A stretch of DNA of 64,000 nucleotides from an uncultured Actinomycetes bacterium (GTDB taxonomy: Bacteria > Actinomycetota > Acidimicrobiia > Acidimicrobiales > CADCTF01): positions 322,069 through 386,068 of the forward strand of contig CAVVPZ010000009.1 of assembly GCA_963750255.1 (NCBI GenBank). Direction: 5' to 3'. The translations under genes were made by a program, and so were the position numbers. The notes beneath the pieces were generated by a model. It was not told where the DNA came from and searched no databases. It saw only the letters and a program-made list of their open reading frames with translations. Numbering within the stretch: the stretch's first letter is position 1; each line of letters starts with the position of its first letter. Below, one piece after another: positions 22,123 through 31,952 of the stretch.

Positions 22123-23318
22123 CGTCGCCCCGTTGCCGTCTGCGCGCCGCGGGCCCATGCGGCGGCGAAGGGCAGGTCGTCGGTGACCCGAACAACAGCC
22201 GACACCACCGGGACGGCAGGTTTCGACGGGAGCGGTCCGCCGGTCTCGTAACTCGAGCGCTCGAAGATCACGAGCACGATCGTCCCGTAGCGGGTGCGGA
22301 GCCGGGCCAGCGCCTCGAGGTCGGATGCTGGGGTCCGGTCGGTGGTGACGACGGCCAGCGATCCGCCGTTGCCGGCTCGGCGAAGCGACGCCACGACGCC
22401 GGCGAAGTGGTTGGACCGGGTCATCCCGACGGTGGCCAGGTGTTCGAGGATCGCCTCGGAGTGGACGTGTCCCGTGCCGTAGCCAGAGTCCTTGCCGTCG
22501 GTCGAGAGCAGGCGCACGAGGGAGGCCGAACGGTGGCTGGCGGCGTGGATGCTGGCGGCGGCGGACACGGCGAGTTCGAGTGACGCCGGCGTGTGGACGG
22601 CGTGGCGGGTGTCGAGGAGGATCGTGGCCCGCGTCTGCCACGGCATCTCGTCCTGGCGGATCATGAGGTCGTCGAGGCGGGCCGACGATGCCCAGTGCAC
22701 GCGGCGCAGATCGTCGCCCACTTCGTAGGGCCGCAGGGCGTAGAAGTCCTCGCCCGAGCCGAGCAGGGCCCGAGGGTGGCGAGCCCCCGAGTGCGGATCG
22801 GCCCCCTGGGCGCTCGGCAGCGGAGGAATGTCATCGACGCGGGGGTACACCGTGAGCTGCGTGGCGCCGACGGAGGTGAAGTTCGACGTGGCCAGTCCGA
22901 ACGGGTCGGCCAACGAGACCTCGAGGGGGCCGACGTCGAAGATGCCTCGCTCCTCGGTCGGCAATCGGTACGCGGCCCGCGTCGTTGCCCCGGGGGCGAG
23001 CGGCGCGACGAGGAAGCGGGCCCAGCGCCATCCCTTGTCGAACGGGTCGCGGACCTGCAGCACCGGCGTGCGTCGGGTGCCCGTGTTGCGGACCTCGAGG
23101 TCGACCCGGCTCGAGGACCCGGCGTGGACCCGCGGGGGGTGCAGCGTGCGCACCGTGCGGACCTGCACGGGCTGGAAGGCGATGGCGGCCACCGCCCCAC
23201 CGGCGAGGACGAGCACGATCACACCGAGGATCGTCAACTCGACGATGTCGAAGACCCACCCGCCGACGAAGAAGGCGACGGAACTGGCGGCGAGGGTCCA
23301 TCCCCGACGGGTCGGCAC
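22119..23318 (-). CDS. DUF58 domain protein
   Basis: LRPYEVGDDLRRVHWASSAR; lies between MoxR and the transglutaminase. Confidence 0.92.
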   Translation of the reverse strand: MPTRRGWTLAASSVAFFVGGWVFDIVELTILGVIVLVLAGGAVAAIAFQPVQVRTVRTLHPPRVHAGSSSRVDLEVRNTGTRRTPVLQVRDPFDKGWRWARFLVAPLAPGATTRAAYRLPTEERGIFDVGPLEVSLADPFGLATSNFTSVGATQLTVYPRVDDIPPLPSAQGADPHSGARHPRALLGSGEDFYALRPYEVGDDLRRVHWASSARLDDLMIRQDEMPWQTRATILLDTRHAVHTPASLELAVSAAASIHAASHRSASLVRLLSTDGKDSGYGTGHVHSEAILEHLATVGMTRSNHFAGVVASLRRAGNGGSLAVVTTDRTPASDLEALARLRTRYGTIVLVIFERSSYETGGPLPSKPAVPVVSAVVRVTDDLPFAAAWARGAQTATGRR

Positions 23319-23327
23319 CCTGGGCGC

Positions 23328-24300
23328 CTACCCCTTGGCCGTGGGGACGGGAACGGAGCCGAGCACGTCGTCGAGCAGGTCGCCCTGCCCTGCGCCCGAC
23401 ATCGAGGCCTCGGGCGTGAGGACCAGCCTGTGCTCGAGCACGGGGCCGGCCAGCGCCTTGAGGTCGTCGGGGAGTACGAACTCTCGTCCGACCGAGGCGG
23501 CCAACGCGCGAGCGGCCCGCATGAGCGAAAGGGTGCCGCGGGGCGAGACGCCGAGGGCCAGGCGAGGGTGGCGGCGGGTGGCGTCGGCCAGATCGACGAG
23601 GTACCCCTTGAGGCTCGGCGCCACGTGGACGGTGGCGGCCAATCCGGCCATCTCCTCGATGTCGCCCGACGTCACCACCGGCTTGACGGCGTCGACCTGG
23701 CTGATGCCGTGGTTGTCGAGGATCTCGATCTCCGACACCTTGTCCGGGTAGCCCATCTCGATCCGCATGAGGAACCGGTCGAGTTGGCTCTCGGGCAACG
23801 GATAGGTGCCTTCGTGCTCGATCGGGTTTTGGGTGGCGATGACCATGAAGGGCTTGTCGAGGAGGTAGGTGGTGGAGTCGACCGTGACCTGACGTTCTTC
23901 CATGGCTTCGAGGAGTGCCGACTGGGTTTTGGGACTGGCCCGGTTGATCTCGTCGCCGAGCACGACGTTGGCGAAGATCCCGCCGTGGCGGAACTCGAAC
24001 TTGTCGCTGTTGCGCTTGTAGACCATCACGCCGGTCACGTCGCTCGGCAACAGGTCGGGCGTGAACTGGATCCGGCTGTACTCACCATCGATGGACCGGG
24101 CCAGCGCCTTGGCCAGGCTCGTCTTGCCCACGCCGGGGACGTCCTCGATCAGGAGGTGACCCTCGGCCACCATGCAGACGAGCGCGAGGCGGATGGCGTC
24201 CTCTTTGCCCGAGATCACGGTGGCGACGTTGTCGACCACGGAATCGAACCGGTCGGCGAAGGACGAAATGCCGCGCTGCCGACGTTCGCTGTCTGGCCAT
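23328..24300 (-). CDS. moxR: MoxR-proper AAA+ ATPase (indel just after the ATG)
   Basis: EDVPGVGKT, RIQFTPDLLPSD, DEINRASPKTQSALLEAM, TQNP, QLDRF; TAACCT-N7-ATG at 24300. Confidence 0.95.
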
Positions 24301-24310
24301 CGGCGGGAGG

Positions 24311-25159
24311 TTAGCGGGCCAGGTCCGTCTCGGTTCCGTCGCCCGCGACGCGCCACACCGTCTTCGTGAACCCGCCGAACAGGCCGGCCCGCTGCAGGTT
24401 GCGGTGGCTCGTCGACGCCAACGATGCCTGACTGCACGCAACGTGACATCCAGCGCTGCGGGCCCGAGCGAGTCGCTCCTCGATGAGCGCTCGCTGGACG
24501 CCACGGCCGCGGAAGGCAGGCAACGTGGCCGCGTCCGCGAGGTAGGCGATGCCGTCGCCGACGGTGAGCGCGGCCGTGGCTGCGGGTTGGCCGCCGACGC
24601 GGGCGAGGATGAGGGCGGCGTCGCCCGCCGTGCGCCAGCCCGCGAGATCGGCCGTCGCCTGCTCGACCACTGCTCGAGGCAGATCGTGGCCGGCCACTCG
24701 GATCTGACAGAAGGTGGCGAAGTCCTCCTCGTCGCCGGGGTCGATCACGTCGATGACCATGTCGGCCGGCAACGCCGGCGGCGGCGCGTCGGCCCGGACC
24801 GGTCCGAACACGACGCCGTGGTAGCCGATCGGCCGAGCGCCGACGGCGTGCAGTGCAGCGAGGAGGTCGTCGCTCTCGTCGTGGGGCACGATCTCGAACC
24901 AGGGCCGGACGTTTCGCTCGGTGTACCACGCCGCGATCCCGGCCACCAGGCCGGCATCGGTAGCCCGCAGCCCGTTGACCCGGTTCTGGAAGTCGAGGTC
25001 GGGTCGCTCCGGGTGACAGGGAACCAGGAGGTGGTCAGCGACCTCGGCCAGCTCGAGTCCGGCGACGCCCGCCAGCCACGACCGCCCCCACCCGACGCCC
25101 CTCGCCTCGATGGCGTCGGCGAGCGCATCGGTGAGCGGAGGGAAGGATCCGGGGTCCAT
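24311..25159 (-). CDS. GNAT family N-acetyltransferase
   Basis: ATLPAFRGRGVQRAL..SHRNLQRAG acetyl-CoA-binding motif. Confidence 0.85.
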   Translation of the reverse strand: MDPGSFPPLTDALADAIEARGVGWGRSWLAGVAGLELAEVADHLLVPCHPERPDLDFQNRVNGLRATDAGLVAGIAAWYTERNVRPWFEIVPHDESDDLLAALHAVGARPIGYHGVVFGPVRADAPPPALPADMVIDVIDPGDEEDFATFCQIRVAGHDLPRAVVEQATADLAGWRTAGDAALILARVGGQPAATAALTVGDGIAYLADAATLPAFRGRGVQRALIEERLARARSAGCHVACSQASLASTSHRNLQRAGLFGGFTKTVWRVAGDGTETDLAR

Positions 25160-25182
25160 CCGGCTCACGCTACGGTCCGCCC

Positions 25183-26043
25183 GTGGGCACCGTGTTGGCC
25201 GTCGACATCGGCGGCACGAAGATCGCCGCCGGCATCGTCGACGCCGCCGACGGCACCCTGGTGCATTCGGCCTCGGCCCCGACCCCGGGCGACGACCTGT
25301 TCGCCCGCCTGACCGACCTGATCACTGCCGTTCGACGCGACGCCGACGCGGCCGGGGTCGAACCTCCGACGGCGTGCGGGGTCGGGTGCGGCGGTCCGAT
25401 GACGGCGGGAGGCGAGGCGGTTTCGCCCCTCAACATCGCCCAGTGGCGCGGCTTCGCGCTCCGGACGGCGCTGGCCGAGGCGACGGGGCTCCCCACCGCC
25501 GTCGACAACGACGCCAAGGCGCTGGCTCGGGGCGAGGGCTGGGTCGGTGCTGCGGTTGGCGTCGCCGACTACATCGCCATGGTCGTGTCGACCGGCGTCG
25601 GCGGCGGCATTGTGCTCGACGGCCGCCTCCTCGACGGCGCCGCCGGCAATGCCGGCCACATCGGCCACGTCATCGTCGTGCCCGGAGGCCGCCGGTGCGT
25701 GTGCGGGGCCCGTGGGTGCCTCGAAGCCGAGGCGTCGGGTACTGCGTTGGCGGCCCGCACCGGACGTCCGGCGGCGGCCGCCGATCGCCTCCTCCGCCGC
25801 GAGACCGGCACGCTCGTGGGTCGGGCGGTGGCGTCGGTGGCCAACCTGCTCGACCTCCGCCTCGCCGTCGTCAGCGGGAGTGTCGCCCTCGGGTTCGGCG
25901 AACCGTTCTTCGCTGCCGCGCAGGACGAAGTCGACCGGTCGGCCCGACTGGACTTCTCGGCCGGCACCCGCATCGTGCCCGGGGCGCTTGGTCCTGACGG
26001 ACCCCTCGTCGGCGCCGCCGCCGTTGCCCTAGCCGCTCGGTAG
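25183..26043 (+). CDS. ROK family sugar kinase
   Basis: [34 protein letters not shown]. Confidence 0.92.
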   Translation: MGTVLAVDIGGTKIAAGIVDAADGTLVHSASAPTPGDDLFARLTDLITAVRRDADAAGVEPPTACGVGCGGPMTAGGEAVSPLNIAQWRGFALRTALAEATGLPTAVDNDAKALARGEGWVGAAVGVADYIAMVVSTGVGGGIVLDGRLLDGAAGNAGHIGHVIVVPGGRRCVCGARGCLEAEASGTALAARTGRPAAAADRLLRRETGTLVGRAVASVANLLDLRLAVVSGSVALGFGEPFFAAAQDEVDRSARLDFSAGTRIVPGALGPDGPLVGAAAVALAAR

Positions 26044-26053
26044 CGTGGAGGGC

Positions 26054-27323
26054 ATGGACGTCGCCTATCCCCCCGAGGCCGAGACGTACCGGGAAAAGGT
26101 GCAGGCCTTCTTGGCCGAACATCTCCCGGCCGGGTGGCAGGGCATCGGCGCCCTCGGTCACGACGAGGCGGCGGCGTTCACCGAGGACTGGCGCACGATC
26201 CTCTTCGAGAACGGCTACCTGGCCGTGTCGTGGCCCAAGGAGTACGGGGGTCAAGCGCTCAGCTCGCTCGAGCAGGTCGTCCTGGCCGAGGAGTTCGCTC
26301 GAGCCGGCGTGCCCGCCGGTGGACCCAACGACGTGTTCGGCATCCAGATGGTCGGCAACACGATCATCCAGTGGGGCACCGAGGAGCAGAAGCGACACTT
26401 CCTGCCCCGCATCCTCTCGGGCGAGGATCGCTGGTGTCAGGGCTACAGCGAGCCCAACGCCGGATCCGACCTCGGCAACCTCGGCTGCCGGGCCACGCTC
26501 GACGGCGACGAGTGGACGATCAACGGCCAGAAGATCTGGACGTCGGCCGGCCATCTGGCCAACTGGATCTTCGTCCTCACTCGCACCGACCCGACGGCCC
26601 CGAAGCACAAGGGCATCACGTTCTTGTTGGTGCCGATGGACCAACCCGGCATCGAGGTCCGGCCCATCAAGATGATCTCGGGCGAGTCGGAGTTCAACGA
26701 GGTGTTCTTCACCGACGCCCGCACCCCGAAGTCCAACGTGATCGGCGAGGCCAACGGCGGGTGGGCGGTGGCGATGACCCTTCTCGGCTACGAGCGGGGC
26801 GAGGCCGCGGCCACGTTGCCGATCCGGTTCCGGACCGAACTCGACCGGCTCATCGAGTTGGCCCGCGAGCGGGGCCGGGCCGACGACCCGATCGTCCGCC
26901 AACGACTCGCCGACTGTTTCACCAAGGTCGAGCTGATGCGCTATCTCGGCATGCGGGCGCTGACCGCGTTCCTCGCCGGCTCCCAGCCCGGTCCCGAGGC
27001 CTCGATCTCGAAGGTGTTCTGGAGCGAGTACCACCAGCAGTCGACCGAGTTGGCCATGGACATCCTCGGCCTCGACGGCCTCGTCCCCACGGGCCGTCCG
27101 CCGGCTCCGCGCGTTCCAGACCGACGACCCCGGCGCGCCCAACGACAGCGCCTCGTGGGCCGGCGTCTTCCTCAACGCGAGGGCGGGCACCATCTACGCC
27201 GGAACGTCGCAGATCCAGCGCAACATCATCGGCGAGATGGTGCTCGGCCTGCCCAAGGAACCACGTGCCGACGGCGGTCCGTGGGCTCGCACCGGAGCGG
27301 GAACATCGTCCGAGACGCCCTAG
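26054..27323 (+). CDS. Acyl-CoA dehydrogenase (frameshift near 27105)
   Basis: [28 protein letters not shown], and [16 protein letters not shown] in the shifted frame ending at TAG 27323. Confidence 0.93.
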
Positions 27324-27734
27324 GGCCCCAACTCACGGCCCGCGAGTTGTACGCCTTGTTGCGGCTGCGATCTGAGGTGTTCGTCGTCGAGCAGGACTGT
27401 GTCTACGCCGACCTCGACGGTCGCGACCTCGATCCGACGACCCACCACTTCTGGATCGACAATGGCGGAGACATCATCGCCGCCGTCCGCGTCCTGGCCG
27501 GCGTCGACGGATCGGGCTCGATCGCTCGGCCGAGTGGTCACCGAATCGCGTCACCGCCGGCAAGGCCACGCGGCCACGCTCATCGCCGCGGCCCTCGTCG
27601 GGGCCCGTCGCCCGGTTCGCATCCACGCCCAGGCCCACCTGACCGAGTGGTACGCCCGATTCGGGTTCGCCGTCGACGGCGACGAGTTCGACGAGGACGG
27701 CATCGCGCACCGGCCGATGGTGCTGACGTCGTGA
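27281..27734 (+). CDS. elaA: ElaA-like GNAT acetyltransferase (frameshift near 27525)
   Basis: [27 protein letters not shown]; LGRVVT..AQAHL..WYARFGF..EDGIAH. Confidence 0.85.
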
Positions 27735-27988
27735 GCGGCCGCTGGTTCGGACGCGCGGCGCTGGCCGTCCTCTCCCGCCCGGGGCTGTGGATCACCGCGC
27801 TCGTCCAGGTGCTTCGCCTGGCACGACCGGGGTGGTGGCGCCACTGGCCCCCGCTTCCCGTGCCCGACGCCGCCTACCTCCGCTTCCGTCTGCAGACGCA
27901 GTACGGCGACATCGATCGCGAGCCCGACCCGGCCGACGTCGTCACCTACCTCCACTGGTGCCGGGGCTACGGACGGGCGGCGCGGTAA
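27731..27988 (+). CDS. Small hypothetical protein
   Basis: 85 aa, GTGA-coupled to the upstream gene; [29 protein letters not shown]. Confidence 0.7.
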   Translation: MSGRWFGRAALAVLSRPGLWITALVQVLRLARPGWWRHWPPLPVPDAAYLRFRLQTQYGDIDREPDPADVVTYLHWCRGYGRAAR

Positions 27989-28056
27989 TCTGCCCGACGA
28001 TGCGGGTCCTCCCACCACCGGGCGGGCGCCGAAGGGCGCCACGGTAGGTCCCGGTC

Positions 28057-28590
28057 ATGTCGCGAGCGCTCGTCCTCAATGCGTCCTACGAGCCGCTCTG
28101 CGTCGTCGCCACCCGACGGGCCCTCGTCTTGGTGCTCGACGAGAAAGCCGAGTTGTTGTCCGACACGGGCCGCGAGTTCCATTCCGCCCGCGCTGCCTTC
28201 CCCGAACCGTCGGTCGTGCGCCTGTTGACCTTCGTGCGCGTGCCGTTCCGCACCCGGGTCGCCCTCAACCGCCGGGCCGTGTTCCTCCGCGACGGCCACC
28301 GCTGCCAGTACTGCGACGCGCCCGCGGAGAACATCGACCATGTCGTTCCCCGCAGCCGGGGCGGGACGCACGCCTGGGACAACGTGGTCGCCGCCTGCCG
28401 ACCCGTGCAACGCTCGCAAAGAGGACCGGCTGCTCACCGAGGTCACGACCATGAGGCTGCGCCGGCCCCCGTCGCCCCCACCGGCCGCACCTGGATGTTG
28501 CTGGCCATGGGCGCGCTGCGGCCCGAGTGGCGGCCCTACCTGCGCCTTCCGGAAGGCGAGGTTCGTACCCCAGCGGGGCTTTCCGCCTAA
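28057..28590 (+). CDS. HNH endonuclease (conserved actinobacterial type; two compensating indels)
   Basis: LVLNASYEPL, RDGHRCQYC..IDHVVPRSRGG..NVVAAC(R)PCNARK. Confidence 0.9.
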   Translation: MSRALVLNASYEPLCVVATRRALVLVLDEKAELLSDTGREFHSARAAFPEPSVVRLLTFVRVPFRTRVALNRRAVFLRDGHRCQYCDAPAENIDHVVPRSRGGTHAWDNVVAACRPVQRSQRGPAAHRGHDHEAAPAPVAPTGRTWMLLAMGALRPEWRPYLRLPEGEVRTPAGLSA

Positions 28591-28624
28591 TTGACGGTTG
28601 TCTCAAGCAGGATCGGGGCCGTTG

Positions 28625-29357
28625 ATGGCGAATGTCACACCAGGGCTTGGCGGGGGCGGTCGGGGGGACCGCCCGCGCCAGCCCGGTTCGCTCTCCACTC
28701 ACTGGCGTGTGGAGCAGAACCGTGGGGGCGCCGGTTCGCTGTTTTCGAACAGCGAACCGGCCGCGCCCGCAGCCCGATCGGTGCGGATCCTCACCGTCGA
28801 TCGTCCGGCGTTGGTGCTCGGGTCGACCCAGATCGTCGATGACGGGCTCGGCGGACGAGCGAGCGCCGCAGGCGTGGAGATCGTCCGGCGCCGGAGCGGC
28901 GGCGGCGCCGTGTTGTTGCGGACCGATGAGGTCGTCTGGGTCGACGTCGTGGTACCCGCCGGCGATCCGCTCTGGTCCGACGACGTGGGCCGGGCGTTCT
29001 TCTGGCTCGGTCGCGTGTGGGCCGACGCTGCTCACCGCCGTCGGGGTGGCCGGCGTGGTCGTTCATGAGGGTGGGCTGGTGGCAACGCCCTGGTCGCACG
29101 CTGTCTGTTTCGCCGGCGTCGGCCCTGGCGAGGTGGTCCGAGGCCAGGGCAAGGTCGTGGGCATGGCCGCCCGCCGCACCCGCCACTGGGCCCTCTTCCA
29201 GTGCGCCGTGCCCCTCCTGTGGGACCCCCGGGCCTATGTCGACCTCCTCGGCCTCCCGGCCGCCGCCACGGGCTCGCTTGCCTCCGTCGCCTCCCCGGTG
29301 GCCGCCGTGGACGGCGACGCGCTCGTCGCTCGGTTCTGCGAGGGCCTCCCTACCTAG
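28625..29357 (+). CDS. Lipoate-protein ligase family protein (frameshift near 29025; start uncertain)
   Basis: ALVLGSTQ, VRRRSGGGAVLL, CFAGVGPGEV..KVVG. Confidence 0.85.
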
Positions 29358-29409
29358 CGGTTTTGGGCTTCGTGAGAGCGCGATCGCGCTCTCACGAAGC
29401 CCAAAACGG
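29358..29409. repeat. 52-bp palindromic REP-like element, family A copy 2
   Basis: Perfect 48-bp palindrome 29360-29407 centred on GCGCGATCGCGC; starts immediately after the ligase TAG stop. Confidence 0.82.
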
Positions 29410-29896
29410 GGTGGTGGCCCGCTCGAGGGCGGCGCGGAGGGCGGCCTCGGCCGCCTCGGCCCGGGCCTCGGCCACCCGGGCCCGTTCGGTGGCCGCAGCA
29501 CAGGCGAGCTCGGCCAGGCGGACGATGGCCGCAGGGGTCGACATGGCGGACTCCTCGGCGGCTTCGGATCGGGCTGCGCCGGTACGTGGCCCGGTGCGGG
29601 GCGAGCGCGACGCCCGGTCGAGCACCGCTTCGAGGGGCACGAGCCGCTGCACCCCGTGGGGGCCGGGGGTGAGGCGCGAAGCGATGACGCCGTTGCGGTA
29701 CCACGTACGCAGCGTCGAGCCGGGACACGCCGGCCTGGCGCTCGGCGTCGGCCAGCGACACCCAGGTGTCTCCGGGGTGGGGGCGAAGGGTGGCGAGCTC
29801 CGCCTCGAGGTCGAACTCTCGGCTCCACTGGCGCACCAGGTGTCCGAGTTCGACGATCTCCTCAGCGACTTCCTCGGCGACTTCCTCGTTTGGCAC
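29392..29896 (-). CDS. MerR/excisionase-like HTH protein with C-terminal coiled coil (frameshift near 29720)
   Basis: Joined frames read WVSLADAERQAGVSRSTLRTWYRNGVIASRLTPGPHGVQRLVPLEAVL...ERARVAEARAEAAEAAL; TTGACC-17-TATCGT-N7-GTG start. Confidence 0.75.
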
Positions 29897-29903
29897 GGAG
29901 CTC

Positions 29904-29947
29904 ACGATAGACAGGGTGTTGACAGGGGTCAAGCATGGTGGTCGAAT
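29904..29947. promoter_or_regulatory. Back-to-back sigma70-type promoters with interlocked -35 elements
   Basis: Plus strand TTGACA(29919-24)-17 bp-TCGAAT(29942-47)-6 nt-ATG; minus strand TTGACC(29932-27)-17 bp-TATCGT(29909-04)-7 nt-GTG; GACAGGG direct repeat at 29910 and 29921. Confidence 0.7.
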
Positions 29948-29953
29948 GGGTTC

Positions 29954-30835
29954 ATGTTCGAACGATTCACTGATCGGGCCCGCCGGGTGCTGGTGCTGGC
30001 CCAAGACGAGGCCACCGCCCTCAACCACTCCTTCCTGGGCACCGAGCACGTGCTGCTCGGCCTGCTGGCCGAGGGCCAGGGCGTGGCCGCCAAGGTGCTC
30101 GTCGAGTTGGGGGCCGACCTCGAGGCAATGAGGACCCGGGTCGTCGAGACCGTCGCCGCCGGTGCGCCTGGGTCGGTCACCGGTCCTCAGCCCTTCACGC
30201 CCCGGGCCAAGCGGGTGCTCGAGTTGTCGTTGCGCGAGGCGCTCGACCTCGGGCACAACTACATCGGGACCGAGCACATCATCCTGGGGTTGATCAAGGA
30301 GGGAGAAGGCGTCGGCGCCGAGGTGTTGCGGCAGTCCGGGTTCCAGGCAGCCGACGTTCGGGCCAAGGTCATCGAGTTGCTCGCCGGCTACACCCCTGCG
30401 CCCCGGCCGGTGTCGGCCACCCCGCCGGCGGCGCCGGCAAAAGCGACCACCCCGGCGGTGAACCTGTTGCGCACCAGGGCGGTTGCTCGTGCCGGGGCCG
30501 AGCCGCTCGGTTCCCACCACTTCCTCGCCGCGCTCCTCGAAGACCCCAACTGCCTGGCGGCACGGGTGCTGGAGTCGTTGGGTGTGACCCGCACCGCGGT
30601 CGAGGTCCGCGTGGCCGAACTGGGGACGGCGGGCTCGACCGACGCCATGCCCGATCCCCCCGGTCCGGCCGTGTTCCCGCTCGGCGCCGGGATGGCGCTG
30701 ACGATCGGCGACGACGACCTCGCGGCCCAGGCCAAGGCGTGGTTCGGTACCGGAGATCGCACCCCGGCCCAGTTGGTCGAGTGGCTGCGCCAGCGGCTGG
30801 AACAGGAGCCGCCGCCCACCCCGCCTGCCCCCTGA
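29954..30835 (+). CDS. Stand-alone Clp N-terminal repeat protein without ATPase (ClpC2/ClpC3-like)
   Basis: MFERFTDRARRV..GTEHVLLGL; FTPRAKRVLELSLREA..GTEHIILGL; third degenerate repeat GSHHFLAALL; no Walker motifs. Confidence 0.88.
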   Translation: MFERFTDRARRVLVLAQDEATALNHSFLGTEHVLLGLLAEGQGVAAKVLVELGADLEAMRTRVVETVAAGAPGSVTGPQPFTPRAKRVLELSLREALDLGHNYIGTEHIILGLIKEGEGVGAEVLRQSGFQAADVRAKVIELLAGYTPAPRPVSATPPAAPAKATTPAVNLLRTRAVARAGAEPLGSHHFLAALLEDPNCLAARVLESLGVTRTAVEVRVAELGTAGSTDAMPDPPGPAVFPLGAGMALTIGDDDLAAQAKAWFGTGDRTPAQLVEWLRQRLEQEPPPTPPAP

Positions 30836-30859
30836 GCTCGAGCGTGACAAGGTGGTGCC

Positions 30860-31952
30860 GTGCCCTCCCAGGACGTGACCGTCGAAGCCCTCGGACTCGC
30901 GGTGGCCGCCGGCGTTCCGGTGCTGTTGTGGGGCGCGCCCGGGACGGGCAAGACCAGCGCCATCGCCGCGTTGGCCGAGGCCGCCAGCCTCCCGTTCGAG
31001 ACGGTCATCGCCGCCATCCGCGAACCGTCCGATTTCAGCGGCCTGCCCGTCGTGGTCGATGGCGTGGTTCGCTTCGCGCCCCCGCGGTGGGCCGAGCGCC
31101 TGGCCGACGCGGGCCGGGGGCTCCTCTTCCTCGACGAGATCTCGACGGCGCCGCCGGCTGTGCAGGCGGCACTCTTGCGGGTCGTGCTCGAACGGGTGGT
31201 GGGCGACCTCGCCCTCCCGTCCGACGTCGTCGTGGTGGCGGCCGCCAACCCGCCCGAGCAGGCCGCCGACGGGTGGGACCTCTCGGCCCCGCTGGCCAAC
31301 CGGTTCTGTCATCTCGATTGGGACGTCGACCCGATGGGATTCGCCGAAGGCATCGCCGGGGGCTGGAAACCGGCCCGGGTGCCGACGCTGCCCGAGGGCT
31401 GGGAGACGACCTGGCCGCGCGCCCGCGGCATGGTCTCGGCCTTCGTCACCGTTCGCCCGTCCTCACCCTCGACGTGCCCGTCGACGGCGCCCGCGCCGGG
31501 CGGGCGTGGCCCAGCCCCCGCACCTGGGAGATGGCCGCTCGGCTCTGGACGGCGGCCGATGTGGCCGGCGCCAGCCTCGAGGCGCCGAGCCGCCTTGATC
31601 TCGGGAGCGATCGGCGATGCCGCCGGCCTCGAGTTGCTGACCTGGCACCACGAGATGGATCTGCCCGACCCTGAAGCCGTGCTGGCCGACCCCGATGGCG
31701 TCGAGTTGCCCGACCGCGGCGACCGCGCCTACGCCGTGTTGTGCGTCGGTGGCCGCGGCCGTCGCCGCCGATCCGACGATCGAGCGGTGGAACGCCGGCT
31801 GGCGGGTGCTGGCCCGGGCCGGCGAACGGGCGCCGGACGTCGCCGCCGTCGCCGCCCGCGTGCTGGCCCAGTGTCGGCCGGAAGGGGCCGCGGCCCCGCC
31901 CGAGGTCAAGCTGTTCCTCCCCTTGCTCCGGGACGCCGGCCTCTTTTCTTGA
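30860..31952 (+). CDS. MoxR-like AAA+ ATPase of the DUF2201-associated type (about 3 frameshifts in the 3' half)
   Basis: WGAPGTGKT, IREPSDFSGLP, LLFLDE, AANP, LANRF, WPSPRTWE, MDLPDPE. Confidence 0.9.

Noticed and set aside
19855-24300. MoxR-DUF58-transglutaminase operon as a novel system
   Set aside because: Widespread, well-known conserved arrangement next to dinB/DUF3040 in Actinobacteria.
26045-27988. 647-aa ORF that looks like an acyl-CoA dehydrogenase-GNAT-unknown fusion
   Set aside because: Two indels chain three separate genes; each has its own start and stop in the corrected frames (27323, 27734, 27988).
28057-28590. HNH nuclease as a defence effector of the neighbouring AAA/vWA system
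   Set aside because: It has the LVLNASYEPL signature of a conserved chromosomal actinobacterial HNH family and is separated from the system by a lipoate ligase and an oppositely oriented gene.
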